This document shows positions 1 through 10,689 of a DNA stretch of 64,000 nt, piece by piece. The DNA comes from Verrucomicrobiia bacterium. Its GTDB lineage: Bacteria; Desulfobacterota; Binatia; UBA9968. The position numbers and the translations under genes were made by a program. The stretch is taken from the NCBI GenBank assembly GCA_035495775.1, contig DATJFG010000187.1, forward strand, positions 9,786 to 73,785, given 5' to 3'. The notes beneath the pieces are model-generated. The model was given only the letters and a program-made list of their open reading frames with translations. It searched no databases and was not told the origin of the DNA. How positions within the stretch are numbered: position 1 is the first letter of the stretch; each line of letters starts with the position of its first letter.

Positions 1-57
1 GCTAGATTTATAGATGAGTTGAAAGGTATAATCGCCGGTCGCGCGTAAGGATTCAGG

Positions 58-1071
58 ATGATCGTTGTCTTAAAACCAGGTTTAAAGCCGGAAGAGGTGC
101 AGAAAGTCATCGAGCGGATCGAGAGCTTTGGGCTCCGCGCGCACATTTCCGAAGGCAAGGAGCGGACGATCGTCGGCGCGATCGGCGACGAGCGCCTCTT
201 GGCGGACCAGAGCCTCGAATCGTTTCCCGGCGTCGAGAAGGTCCTGCCAATCCTGAAGCCTTACAAGCTCGTCAGCCGCGAGTTCCAGAAGCACAATACG
301 ATTATCCAGGTCAACGGCCACGAGATCGGTGGAAAAAAAATCCATGTCATGGCCGGGCCGTGCTCAGTCGAATCGCGCGACCAGGTGCTGGAATCGGCGC
401 TGCCGGCGAAGCAGGCCGGCGCCACGTTCCTCCGCGGCGGCGCGTTCAAGCCGCGCACTTCGCCCTACAGCTTTCAGGGGCTCGGCGAGGAGGGGCTCGA
501 TTATCTCGCGCATGCGCGCAAGGTGACCGGGATGCCGATCATCACCGAAGTGCTCGATCCGCGCGATCTCGACCTCGTGGCGCGCTACAGCGACGTGCTC
601 CAGATCGGCGCGCGTAACATGCAGAACTTCAAGCTCTTGACCGAAGTCGGCAAGCTCAAGATGCCTGTGATGCTCAAGCGCGGTCTCAGTGCCACGATCC
701 AGGAATTCCTCCTTTCCGCCGAATACATCGCCGCCGAAGGCAATCGCAAGATCATTCTCTGCGAGCGCGGCATCCGCACCTACGAGACCGAGACGCGCAA
801 CACCTTGGATTTGAGCGCCGTCCCGGTGCTGAAGCAGTTGTCCCATCTTCCGGTTTTCATCGATCCGAGCCACGGCACCGGTCGCTGGGACCTCGTCGCG
901 CCGATGGCGCTCGCCGGTATCGCCGCGGGCGCGGACGGGCTATTGATCGAGGTCCATTCCAACCCCGAAGTTGCGCTCAGCGACGGGCCGCAGTCCCTCA
1001 AACCGAAAAAGTTCGCCGCGCTGATGGAAGATCTGAGGAAGGTCGCCGCCGCGGTCGGGAGAGAAGTTTAA
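58..1071 (+). CDS. aroF: DAHP synthase (type I-beta, N-terminal regulatory domain)
   Basis: [36 protein letters not shown] and DPSHGTG motifs; first gene of an aromatic biosynthesis operon. Confidence 0.95.
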   Translation: MIVVLKPGLKPEEVQKVIERIESFGLRAHISEGKERTIVGAIGDERLLADQSLESFPGVEKVLPILKPYKLVSREFQKHNTIIQVNGHEIGGKKIHVMAGPCSVESRDQVLESALPAKQAGATFLRGGAFKPRTSPYSFQGLGEEGLDYLAHARKVTGMPIITEVLDPRDLDLVARYSDVLQIGARNMQNFKLLTEVGKLKMPVMLKRGLSATIQEFLLSAEYIAAEGNRKIILCERGIRTYETETRNTLDLSAVPVLKQLSHLPVFIDPSHGTGRWDLVAPMALAGIAAGADGLLIEVHSNPEVALSDGPQSLKPKKFAALMEDLRKVAAAVGREV

Positions 1072-1934
1072 TGGCGCCGCTGTTTAAGAAAATGGTCATC
1101 GCGGGCGTCGGGCTCATTGGCGCTTCGCTGGCGCTCGCGGCGCGTGAGCGCGGCTTGGTCGACGCGATCGTCGGCTACGGCCGGAGCGAGGAGAATCTGC
1201 GCTTCGCGCTCGATAGAGGAATCATCGACAGCTATTTTCACAAGCCCGAAGAAATTCCTCCGGGGACGGACTTTTTGCTCTTGGGCACGCCGGTCGCCGC
1301 CATCGTGCCCCTCACGAAACAATTCCTGCCGTTCATGCGGCCGGGCTGCATCGTCAGCGACGTCGGCAGCGTGAAGGCGGAGATCGTCCGCGACATGGAA
1401 AAGCTTTTGCCCAGCACGATGCCGTTTGTCGGCGCGCATCCGATCGCCGGCGGAGAGCAGTGGGGCGCGGAGCCCGCGCGCGCCGATCTGTTCATCGGCC
1501 AGCGCTGCATACTTACACCGACGAAGAAAACCGATCCGGCCGCTTTGGAGAATGTCGGCACGCTGTGGAAAAGGGTAGGGGCGAAAGTCGAAACAATCGA
1601 CGCCGACGTGCACGATAAAATTCTCGGCCTCGTGAGCCACCTCCCGCACGTGCTGGTCTACGGGCTCGTCAATCTCATGAACCACGCGCGCGTCGATTCG
1701 ACCGAAGTCATCGAATACTGCGGCGGCGGCTTTAAGGATTTCACCCGCATCGCATCGAGCCGGCCGGAGCTCTGGCGTGACATCTGTCTGCTCAACCGCG
1801 AAGCGGTGAGCGCGGGGTTGGCGGATTACATTAAAGAGCTCGAAAAGCTCAAGCGGCTTATCGATGAAGGCAAGGGAGCCGAGATCGAGCGCGAGTTTGC
1901 GCTCGCCAACGAGGCGAGGAGGCGGTTATCCTAA
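1071..1934 (+). CDS. tyrA: Prephenate/arogenate dehydrogenase
   Basis: GVGLIG Rossmann motif, DVGSVK, HPIAG, SHLPH, GGGFKDFTRIA; TAATG overlap with aroF. Confidence 0.93.
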   Translation: MAPLFKKMVIAGVGLIGASLALAARERGLVDAIVGYGRSEENLRFALDRGIIDSYFHKPEEIPPGTDFLLLGTPVAAIVPLTKQFLPFMRPGCIVSDVGSVKAEIVRDMEKLLPSTMPFVGAHPIAGGEQWGAEPARADLFIGQRCILTPTKKTDPAALENVGTLWKRVGAKVETIDADVHDKILGLVSHLPHVLVYGLVNLMNHARVDSTEVIEYCGGGFKDFTRIASSRPELWRDICLLNREAVSAGLADYIKELEKLKRLIDEGKGAEIEREFALANEARRRLS

Positions 1935-3235
1935 GCGCACCGACACCAATCGGCTCGCGGAGAATCGAGCCCGTCAAGCACCCGCTGCGAGGTGAGATCA
2001 GCGTACCGGGGGATAAATCGATCGGCCATCGGGCGGTTATCTTCGCCGCGATCGCCCAGGGCTCGAGCCGGATCGCCAATCTTTCTGGAGGCGAGGACAA
2101 TCACAGTACCATCGAGGCTTTCAGGACGCTCGGCGTGGAAATCTCCGGCGATGATCGCCTGCTGTCGGTCGAAGGAAAGGGCTGGGCAGGGCTTCGCGCG
2201 CCTAAAAAGATCATTGATTGCGGCAATTCCGGGACGACGATGCGGCTTCTCTCGGGTATACTCGCCGGGCGCTCTTTTGTCTCGACGCTCGACGGCGACG
2301 CTTCGCTGAGGCGCCGGCCGATGCGGCGCGTCGTGGAGCCGCTGGAACAAATGGGGGCGCGTATCGAAGGCCGCGACGGCCGGGCGCCGCTCGAGATTCA
2401 CGGCGCTCAGCTCAAGGGGATTCGTTATGCAACGCCCGTCGCCAGCGCCCAGGTCAAGTCGGCGATCCTCTTAGCCGGGCTCCAGGCCGACGGTATTACG
2501 ACGGTCGAAGAGCCGCAGCAGTCGCGCGACCATACGGAAATTATGGCCCGCGCGCTCGGCGCAAAGCTCGAGGCGCAGGATAGGTCAGTGTCTGTCGAAG
2601 GCGGCCACAAACTGTCTCCGCTCGATATCCGGGTTCCCGGCGATCTTTCATCCGCGGCCTTCTTCATGGCGGCAGCGGCCATGATCCCTGGCTCGGATAT
2701 TGTGGTTCGCGAGGTCGGCTGCAATCCGACACGCAGCGGCGTGATCGATGTGCTGAGGCGCATGGGCGTGGCGATCGACTTGGCGAATCCAAGGACGGCC
2801 GCGGGAGAGCCCGTTGCCGACATCAGAGTTCGCGGCTCCAAGCTTAAAGGCATCGACATCGGCCCGGAAGTGGTGGCGCGGACGATCGACGAGTACCCGA
2901 TTCTCGCCGTCGCTGCGGCTTTGGCCGAAGGCGTAACGGCTATTTCCGGCGCGAAGGAGTTGAGGTATAAGGAGTCGGACCGGATTTCGGTCATGACCGA
3001 GATGCTTCGGCGGCTCGGCGTCAATGTCGAAGAGCGCGACGACGGCATGATCATCGAAGGGCGAGATCGATTTTCGGCCGCGGCGGTTCAGAGCGCGGGC
3101 GATCATCGGGTCGCGATGGCGCTCGCGGTCGCCGGGCTCTCGTCGGACGGCGGCGTCGAGATCGACGATACGGCGTGCGCGGATATTTCGTTTCCAGGAT
3201 TTTTCGATTGCCTGGAAAGGATCGCCGGCGCGTAA
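1931..3235 (+). CDS. aroA: 3-phosphoshikimate 1-carboxyvinyltransferase (EPSP synthase); start codon uncertain and non-canonical
   Basis: The ORF track starts at 2135, but the same frame is open back to a TGA at 1865 and encodes the conserved N-terminus LRGEISVPGDKSIGHRAVI; also GNSGTT, RRPM, ASAQVKSA, KESDRI and DHRVAM. Confidence 0.9.
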   Translation, partial: LSAPTPIGSRRIEPVKHPLRGEISVPGDKSIGHRAVIFAAIAQGSSRIANLSGGEDNHSTIEAFRTLGVEISGDDRLLSVEGKGWAGLRAPKKIIDCGNSGTTMRLLSGILAGRSFVSTLDGDASLRRRPMRRVVEPLEQMGARIEGRDGRAPLEIHGAQLKGIRYATPVASAQVKSAILLAGLQADGITTVEEPQQSRDHTEIMARALGAKLEAQDRSVSVEGGHKLSPLDIRVPGDLSSAAFFMAAAAMIPGSDIVVREVGCNPTRSGVIDVLRRMGVAIDLANPRTAAGEPVADIRVRGSKLKGIDIGPEVVARTIDEYPILAVAAALAEGVTAISGAKELRYKESDRISVMTEMLRRLGVNVEERDDGMIIEGRDRFSAAAVQSAGDHRVAMALAVAGLSSDGGVEIDDTACADISFPGFFDCLERIAGA

Positions 3236-3236
3236 G

Positions 3237-3905
3237 GTGAAGAAGATCATCGTCGCTATCGACGGACCGGCGGGCGCGGGCAAGAGCACGGTCGCAAAGC
3301 GGTTGGCAAAAGAGCTCGGTTACACGTATATGGATACCGGCGCGATGTATCGGGCGTTCGCGCTGAAGGCGCGGCGCGACGGCATCGACCTGGAGAGCGA
3401 GAGCGATCTCCGGTCGACGCTCGCCGGGACCAGCGTCGAGCTACTGGAGAAGGATGGACGGCAGAAGGTCCTCCTCGACGGCCGCGACGTTACCACGGAG
3501 ATCCGCGCGCCGGAGATGAGCCAGTGGGCTTCGAAGATCTCGGCGCTCAGGCCGGTGCGAGAGCGAATGGTCGAGCTGCAGCGCGCTTTTGGCGCGCGCG
3601 GCGGCATCGTCGCCGAGGGCCGCGATATCGGCACCGTCGTCTTTCCCGACGCGGAGGTGAAGATCTTTCTCACCGCCCGTCCGGAAGAGCGCGGCAGGCG
3701 AAGGTTCGCCGAGCTCAAAGGACAGGGAAAAGAGGTGACGCTTGAGGAGACCTTAGGAGAGATGAGACAGCGGGACGATCGCGATCAGGGCCGCGAGATG
3801 GCGCCGCTGCGCCAAGCCGAGGACGCCGTCGCGCTCGACTCGACCGGGATGAGCATCGATCAAGTTGTGGAGACCATCATGAAAGAGATCAAAAAATTTA
3901 TTTAG
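3237..3905 (+). CDS. cmk: Cytidylate kinase
   Basis: IDGPAGAGKST P-loop, DTGAMYR, EGRDIGTVVFP; aroA-cmk-rpsA synteny. Confidence 0.96.
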   Translation: MKKIIVAIDGPAGAGKSTVAKRLAKELGYTYMDTGAMYRAFALKARRDGIDLESESDLRSTLAGTSVELLEKDGRQKVLLDGRDVTTEIRAPEMSQWASKISALRPVRERMVELQRAFGARGGIVAEGRDIGTVVFPDAEVKIFLTARPEERGRRRFAELKGQGKEVTLEETLGEMRQRDDRDQGREMAPLRQAEDAVALDSTGMSIDQVVETIMKEIKKFI

Positions 3906-3926
3906 AGAAGGAAGGAAACTAAGCTA

Positions 3927-5672
3927 ATGGCGGAAAATCAACCCAACAACCCAACTACCGGCGACGATTTCAAGACGCTCTTCGAGGAGAGTCTCCGCAC
4001 GGTGAAGCCTGGCGGAGTCGTCAAGGGAAGAGTCGTCGGAATAACCCCCTCGCACGTCATGGTCGACGTGGGCTACAAGTCCGAGGGGCAAATCCCTCTG
4101 CACGAATTTCTCGATCGAGACGGCAACCCGCAGGTGAAGGTCGGGGACGAGATCGACGTCTATTTCGATTCATCCGAAGGCGAAGGCGGCGGCATCGTGC
4201 TCTCGCGCCAGCGGGCGGAAAACATGAAGGTCTGGGAGGACATCGAAAAAGCCGCCCACGACGGCACGGGAGTCGAGGGCGTCATCGTCGCCAAGGTCCG
4301 CGGCGGCTTCAAGGTCGACCTCGGGGTGCCGGCGTTTCTGCCCGGATCGCACGTCGATATCCGGCCGACCCGCAATCTCGACCGTTTTCTCGGCCAGCGC
4401 GATAAATTCGCAGTGCTCAAATTCAATCGCGCCCGCGGCAACGTCGTGGTCTCGCGCCGCGCTCTGCTCGAAAAGGAGCGCGACAGCCTCAAAAAAGAAA
4501 TTCTTAAGGTGCTCGAGGAGGGCGTGATCCTCGAAGGCACCGTCAAGAACATCACGAGCTATGGCGCCTTCGTCGATCTCGGCGGCATCGACGGGATTCT
4601 CCACATCAGCGATATGTCGTGGGGGCGAATCGGCCATCCGTCGGAAATGGTCAATGTCGGCGACCGCATCAAGGTCGTCGTGCTCAAGTTCGACGCGGAG
4701 CGCGAGCGGATTTCACTCGGGATGAAACAGATCATGCCCGATCCGTGGAACACCGTCGCCGAGAAGTACACGGGCGGCACGAGGCTTCAAGGCAAAGTCG
4801 TGAGTCTCGTCGATTACGGCGCCTTCGTCGAGCTGGAAAAAGGGGTCGAGGGTCTGATCCACATCTCCGAAATGTCCTGGACAAAAAAGGTTGCGCACCC
4901 CTCGAAGGTCGTGCAGGTCGGCGAGACCGTCGAGGTCGTCGTGCTGAACGTCGATCCGAATCATCGCCGCATCTCTTTGGGCCTCAAGCAGGTCATGCCG
5001 AATCCGTGGGAGCAGGCGAAGGAGAAATATCCCGTCGGCAGCGTCATCAAGGGCCCGATCCGCAGCGTTACCGACTTCGGCATTTTCGTCGGCGTCGAGG
5101 AGGGCATCGACGGCCTCGTCCACGTTTCGGATCTGCATTGGACAAAAAAGGTCAAGCATCCCTCCGAGCTCTATAAAAAGGGCGACGTGGTCGAGGCGAG
5201 GGTGCTCGGCATCGACGTGCAGAACGAGCGCTTCTCGCTCGGGGTCAAGCAGCTTTCGATGGATCCGTGGCAGTTGATCGCCCAGAAGTATCCCATTGGC
5301 TCCAAAGTCAAAGGCGAAGTCGCGAGCGTGCCGGAGTTCGGCGTCTTCGTGCGCCTGGAAGAGGGCGTCGAGGGCTTGATTCACGTTTCGCAGCTCAGCA
5401 CGGAACGAATCGATAAGCCGTCGAGTCTTTTCAAACCGGGCGACACCGTCGAAGCGGAAGTGATCAATGTCGATCCGCACGAGCGCAAGCTCGGGCTCAG
5501 CATCCGCGCGCTCAAGAAAACCGAAGAGCGCCAGGAGATGGAAAATTATCTCAAGCGCGAGAAAGAAGGCGGCCGGTTCTCTTTCGAGGCGATTCTCAAC
5601 GAAGAGCTGCGGCTCGACCGCGACGAGGAGCCGCGGCCGGCGGAAAAAGGCAAAGGGGGCAATCCGCAGTAG
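3927..5672 (+). CDS. rpsA: 30S ribosomal protein S1
   Basis: Six S1 repeats (YGAFVDLGGIDGILHISDMSW and similar). Confidence 0.97.
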   Translation: MAENQPNNPTTGDDFKTLFEESLRTVKPGGVVKGRVVGITPSHVMVDVGYKSEGQIPLHEFLDRDGNPQVKVGDEIDVYFDSSEGEGGGIVLSRQRAENMKVWEDIEKAAHDGTGVEGVIVAKVRGGFKVDLGVPAFLPGSHVDIRPTRNLDRFLGQRDKFAVLKFNRARGNVVVSRRALLEKERDSLKKEILKVLEEGVILEGTVKNITSYGAFVDLGGIDGILHISDMSWGRIGHPSEMVNVGDRIKVVVLKFDAERERISLGMKQIMPDPWNTVAEKYTGGTRLQGKVVSLVDYGAFVELEKGVEGLIHISEMSWTKKVAHPSKVVQVGETVEVVVLNVDPNHRRISLGLKQVMPNPWEQAKEKYPVGSVIKGPIRSVTDFGIFVGVEEGIDGLVHVSDLHWTKKVKHPSELYKKGDVVEARVLGIDVQNERFSLGVKQLSMDPWQLIAQKYPIGSKVKGEVASVPEFGVFVRLEEGVEGLIHVSQLSTERIDKPSSLFKPGDTVEAEVINVDPHERKLGLSIRALKKTEERQEMENYLKREKEGGRFSFEAILNEELRLDRDEEPRPAEKGKGGNPQ

Positions 5673-5687
5673 CGGATTGAACGGCCG

Positions 5688-6587
5688 ATGGCGCGCGGGC
5701 GTTCGCTGCTGAAAGGGCTGGGCATTCTCTTCGTCCTGGTCCTGATCTTTTTCGTGGCGGTGTTTTTCTATGCCTATCTCACCGGCGGCGAGGCCGGCGT
5801 TTTGACCGCCCTCGGCGGCGACAGCGTCGGCGTCGTGGAGGTCGAAGGGACCATCAACGACTCGCACGATATCATCGAGACGCTGAAGCAGTTCGGCGAG
5901 ACGAGCGGCGTCAAGGCGATCGTCCTGCGGGTCGATTCCCCCGGCGGCGCCGTCGCTCCGACGCAGGAGATCTACGAGGAGATCGAGAAACTCAAGAAGA
6001 AAAAACCCGTGATCGCCTCGTTCGGCGGCATGGCCGCCTCCGGCGGATATTACATCGGCAGCGCCTGCGACCAGATCGTCGCCAATCCCGGAACGCTCAC
6101 GGGATCGATCGGCGTCATCATGGAGCTCGGCAACGTCGAGGAGCTGCTCAAGAAGATCGGCGTGCAGGGCTACAGCGTGAAGAGCGGCGCGAACAAAGAT
6201 ATCGGCTCGCCGCTAAAGCCTCTGACGCCGGAGGGAAGAGCGATCCTGCAAGGTCTCGTCAACAACGTCCACGGCCAATTCGTCGGCGCCGTCGCGAAGG
6301 GGCGGCGGCTCCCGGAGGACAAGGTGCGGGAGCTGGCCGATGGCCGGGTCTACTCCGGCGAGCAGGCGAAAGATTTGGGATTGGTCGACGTTTTGGGTAA
6401 TATGGAAGACGCCGTCGAGCTCGCCGCCAAGCGCGTCGGCATCAAAGGGAAGCCGCAGGTCGTGTACTCACGAAGCGAACAGAAAGGCTGGTTCGAGCGG
6501 ATGTTCTCCGCGACCTGGCTGCGCGGCTGGACGCGGCACGACAGCCTGGGCCTGCGGTACGAGTGGTCGGCCGCTTTGCTGCCGTGA
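5688..6587 (+). CDS. sppA: Signal peptide peptidase SppA (S49)
   Basis: N-terminal transmembrane segment, DSPGG, AASGGYY, TGSIGV. Confidence 0.93.
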   Translation: MARGRSLLKGLGILFVLVLIFFVAVFFYAYLTGGEAGVLTALGGDSVGVVEVEGTINDSHDIIETLKQFGETSGVKAIVLRVDSPGGAVAPTQEIYEEIEKLKKKKPVIASFGGMAASGGYYIGSACDQIVANPGTLTGSIGVIMELGNVEELLKKIGVQGYSVKSGANKDIGSPLKPLTPEGRAILQGLVNNVHGQFVGAVAKGRRLPEDKVRELADGRVYSGEQAKDLGLVDVLGNMEDAVELAAKRVGIKGKPQVVYSRSEQKGWFERMFSATWLRGWTRHDSLGLRYEWSAALLP

Positions 6588-6650
6588 AGCGCATTTGATC
6601 GAGAATCTCGGGCTCCAACATTCGAAGACGCCGTTCGCCGGAGGACCTTT

Positions 6651-6949
<299 letters not shown>

Positions 6950-6953
<4 letters not shown>

Positions 6954-7459
6954 AGCCGCTCTGGGCTCCCTGGCGCATGGCTTACATCGAGGAGGAGAAG
7001 GCGCCGGGGTGCATCTTTTGCGACAAACCCAAGGAAACAGACCCTCGCGCCGCATTGGTCCTGACCCAGACCGTCCATTCCGTGGTCATGCTGAATAAAT
7101 ATCCGTACAACAACGGTCATCTTCTGATCGCTCCGAAGCGGCACGAACACCATTTTGTGGCCCTGCCGCAAGCGGAATATCGCGACGTCTGCGATACGCT
7201 CAAGCTGTCGGTGGATATCCTTACGCGCGCATTCCGCCCCGGCGGATTCAATGTCGGGATGAATTTGGGACGCACCGCCGGAGCGGGCGTCGAGGATCAC
7301 CTGCATTGGCATATCGTGCCGCGATGGGACGGCGACACGAATTTCATGCCCGTGCTGGGAGAGACGCGCGTCATCCCGCAGCATCTTCTCGATAACTATG
7401 ACCGGCTAAGCCCGATGTTCCGCGATGCGGCTGCGTCGGACCATGAGCACGGTGCTTAG
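6950..7459 (+). CDS. HIT family nucleotide hydrolase (Ap4A phosphorylase-like)
   Basis: LWAPWR N-terminus, CIFC, YPYNNGH, HLHWHIVPRW histidine triad. Confidence 0.9.
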
Positions 7460-7576
7460 ACACGCCGCTTTGGCAAAGGCGAAAGAGGGTTACGGCGTAA
7501 GGCTAGAATTCGTTATTCCACTTCTTCCGTCTTGCGCCTGCATGCTTTATGTTACTAGCTGGAGGGAGGCACTAGC

Positions 7577-8974
7577 GTGAACGAGCCAAAAACTTTAGCG
7601 GAACTTAAGAAGAGCGGCCATCAAGTCCTGACGGTGCGTCAGGAGATGCGGAAAAACCTCGTCCATTGCCTACAGACCAGCAAACGCATCCTGCCGGGGA
7701 TTTTGGGCTACGACGAGACCGTCATTCCAGACATTGAGAATGCGATTCTCTCAGGCCACCATATGGTTTTTCTCGGCGAGCGCGGGCAGGCGAAGTCGCG
7801 CATTATCCGCGGACTGGTCTCTCTGCTCGACGAACGTATCCCGATCGTCCAGGGCTGCGAAATCAACGACAACCCCTTCGAGCCGATCTGCCGGGCCTGC
7901 AAGCGGCGCCTGGCGGAACAAGGCGACGCGCTGCCGATCGAATGGATCGGCCGGGATCATCGCTACGGCGAGAAGCTCGCAACGCCGGACGTCTCCATCG
8001 CCGATCTCATCGGCGAGATCGACCCAATCAAGGTCGCCGAAGGCCGCTATCTCGCCGACGAAGAGACGATTCACTACGGCCTCATCCCGCGCACCAACCG
8101 CGGCATCTTCGCCATCAACGAGCTGCCCGACTTGACCGAAAAGGTCCAAGTCGGTCTGTTCAACTTGATGGAAGAGAAGGACGTTCAGATCAAGGGATAC
8201 AAAATCCGCATGCCGCTCGACGTCGTCATCGTCGCGAGCGCGAACCCCGAGGACTATACGAGCCGCGGGCGGATCATCACGCCGCTCAAAGACCGCTTCG
8301 ACGTTCAGATTCGCACGCACTATCCGCAAAGCATCCAGGACGAGATGGCGATCATGGAGCAGGAGTCGGCGCCGATGAACGAGCGGAGCCATTCGGTCAG
8401 CGTGCCGCAGTTCATCAAGGAGATCCTCGGCCACATGACGTTCGAGGCGCGGAAATCGAACGAGATCAATCAGTCCTCCGGCGTCAGTGTCCGCGTCACG
8501 ATCAACAACTACGAAAGCCTCATCAGCAATGCCGAGAAGCGCGCGCTTCGGCTGAAGGAGACCGAGGTCGTGCCGCGCGTCAGCGATTTTCACGCCGTTC
8601 TCGCTTCGACGAGCGGCAAGATCGAGATGGAGTATGTCGGCGAGGATAAAAAAGAGGACGATCTCGTCGAGAAGCTCGCGAACCGCGCGATTCTCAAGGT
8701 CTTCGATCAATACTTCACGGTGAGTTCGCTGCAGAAGGTCGTCGATTATTTCAACTCGGGCTGGGGCGTCGAAGTCTCCGACGTCATGCCGTCGCAAGAC
8801 TACCTCGAAGGCATCAAAGAGATTCCCGGCCTCAAGGAGGCGCTGCGCACGCTCGGGCCGATGGAGTCGCCGGCGCTCATGGCCTCCGCCACCGAATTTA
8901 TTCTCGAAGGCCTTCATCTCCATCAGAAGCTCAACAAAGAGATCGAGGGCGGAAGAATCACCTACGGGAAATAA
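7577..8974 (+). CDS. Mg-chelatase-like/MoxR-related AAA+ ATPase
   Basis: Walker A GERGQAKS, Walker B variant FAINE, SANPEDYT, LKDRF; adjacent to a VWA gene. Confidence 0.85.
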   Translation: MNEPKTLAELKKSGHQVLTVRQEMRKNLVHCLQTSKRILPGILGYDETVIPDIENAILSGHHMVFLGERGQAKSRIIRGLVSLLDERIPIVQGCEINDNPFEPICRACKRRLAEQGDALPIEWIGRDHRYGEKLATPDVSIADLIGEIDPIKVAEGRYLADEETIHYGLIPRTNRGIFAINELPDLTEKVQVGLFNLMEEKDVQIKGYKIRMPLDVVIVASANPEDYTSRGRIITPLKDRFDVQIRTHYPQSIQDEMAIMEQESAPMNERSHSVSVPQFIKEILGHMTFEARKSNEINQSSGVSVRVTINNYESLISNAEKRALRLKETEVVPRVSDFHAVLASTSGKIEMEYVGEDKKEDDLVEKLANRAILKVFDQYFTVSSLQKVVDYFNSGWGVEVSDVMPSQDYLEGIKEIPGLKEALRTLGPMESPALMASATEFILEGLHLHQKLNKEIEGGRITYGK

Positions 8975-9056
8975 ATGAGGCAACCGCATGAGGCGCCGGG
9001 CAATGGTTTTCGGAAAGGAGATTTTTGCCGACGGCCTGATGCCGCCTGCCTAATCC

Positions 9057-10649
9057 ATGCGCAAAATCCGATATAGCCGATGGGACCGCGCCGGCGCCGA
9101 TGCGGTCGAGACCGACAGCGTCTTCGACCAGCTGAACGACTATATGAACGACACCGGCGATCTGCAGCAGGCGATGCGCCGCCTGATGCAGCGCGGTCTC
9201 AAACAGGGGGAGAGCCGCGTTCCCGGGATGGAGGACCTGCTCTCCCAAGTCGCGCGCGAGATGCGCCGGCTCTACGAACAGTACCGCCTTCAAACGGCTC
9301 AGGACGGGGTCAAACAGCAGCTCGAATCGATCTTGAGCGAAGAGCGCCAGACGCTCGATCAGGCCGACGAGACCGACCCCGAGATCGAAGACAAAAAGAA
9401 GTTTCTCGACCGCCTGCCCGGAAAAACCAGCGACGCGGTCGAGCGGCTCGCCGATTATGATTTTGAAAACCAGCAGGCCAGCGACAAGTTTCAGGACCTT
9501 CTCTCGATGCTCGAGCAGATCCGGCGGCTGGAGAATTCCGTTCGTCGCGAGGGGAATCTCTTTCGCGGGCAGACACCGCTCGATTTAAAGGAAGCGCAGG
9601 ATTTGATCGATCGCCTCGAGGAGCTGCGCCGCCTCGAGGGGCAGCTCTCCAGCATGCGCCCGGATCAGATCGATCTCGAGCTTCTGCAAAAGCTTTTGGG
9701 CGAGCAGGCGCTGAAGGACTTCGAAGGCGTCTCGCGGCTCGAATCGATGCTCGAAGACGACGGCTACGTCGTTGCGCGCGGCGATCATTTCGAATTGACG
9801 CCGAGGGGCGTGCGCCGCATCGGCCAGCTCGCCCTCCGCGACATCTTCGAGCAGCTGCGGCGCGACGCGCTCGGCCGCCACGCGATCCGCAAGCGCGGCT
9901 CGCAGGAGCTCCTGACCGAGCAAAGCCGCCCTTACGCTCAGGGGGACGCGCTTCACATTAATATCATCCACACCTTGAAGAACGCCCTCCTCGCCGAAGG
10001 CCGCCTCCCGATCCGGCTCAGACCGGAAGATTTCATGGTCTACGAGTCGGAGCATTCGACGCGCGCCGCCACCGTTCTGCTGCTCGACATGAGCTGGTCG
10101 ATGAGCTGGGACGGCCGCTTCGCCGCCGCGAAAAAAGTCGCGCTGGCGATGGACAGCCTCATGCGCGCGATGCATCCCCGCGATTATTTCGGCATCGTCG
10201 GGTTCTTCACCCGCGCCGTCGAGCTCAAGGCCAAGGATCTGCCCGAGGCGACCTGGAATATGGGCGACCCGTTCACCAACCTGCAGGACGGCCTTCATCT
10301 CGCCTCGGAGATGCTCGACCGCAAACCGAGTCAGAACCAGCAGATGATCATCATCACCGACGGCCAGCCGACGGCGTATTGCCGTCAGGGGCGTCTCTAT
10401 TGCGAGTGGCCGCTCAGCTTCGGCGGCATCAGCCAGCGTGCCGCGGAAGAGACGCTCCGCGAGGCCGAGCGCGTCACCCGCCGCGGTATCACGATCAATA
10501 CCTTCATGCTGGACGACAGCCCCGTCCTCAAGGAATTCGTCGACGCGCTCACGCGCATTAACCACGGCCGCGCGTTTTATACCCGGCCCGAGCGCCTGGG
10601 CGAATATCTCCTGGTCGACTACGTCTCGCGGCGCCGAAAAAGAGTCTAA
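9057..10649 (+). CDS. VWA domain protein (partner of the AAA+ ATPase)
   Basis: MIDAS elements DMSWSM, TNLQ and ITDG in the C-terminal half; coiled-coil-like N-terminus. Confidence 0.85.
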   Translation: MRKIRYSRWDRAGADAVETDSVFDQLNDYMNDTGDLQQAMRRLMQRGLKQGESRVPGMEDLLSQVAREMRRLYEQYRLQTAQDGVKQQLESILSEERQTLDQADETDPEIEDKKKFLDRLPGKTSDAVERLADYDFENQQASDKFQDLLSMLEQIRRLENSVRREGNLFRGQTPLDLKEAQDLIDRLEELRRLEGQLSSMRPDQIDLELLQKLLGEQALKDFEGVSRLESMLEDDGYVVARGDHFELTPRGVRRIGQLALRDIFEQLRRDALGRHAIRKRGSQELLTEQSRPYAQGDALHINIIHTLKNALLAEGRLPIRLRPEDFMVYESEHSTRAATVLLLDMSWSMSWDGRFAAAKKVALAMDSLMRAMHPRDYFGIVGFFTRAVELKAKDLPEATWNMGDPFTNLQDGLHLASEMLDRKPSQNQQMIIITDGQPTAYCRQGRLYCEWPLSFGGISQRAAEETLREAERVTRRGITINTFMLDDSPVLKEFVDALTRINHGRAFYTRPERLGEYLLVDYVSRRRKRV

Positions 10650-10689
10650 ATCTCCACGCATGACGCCGGCGCAAAACCGGGAGAGGTCC

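Noticed and set aside
4713-5867. Long antisense ORFs (also 7751-8989, 9585-10733, 12452-14050, 15154-16335, 35878-37023, 56497-57852)
   Set aside because: They lie opposite well-supported genes, have no recognisable motifs, and are expected from stop-codon scarcity in GC-rich coding DNA.
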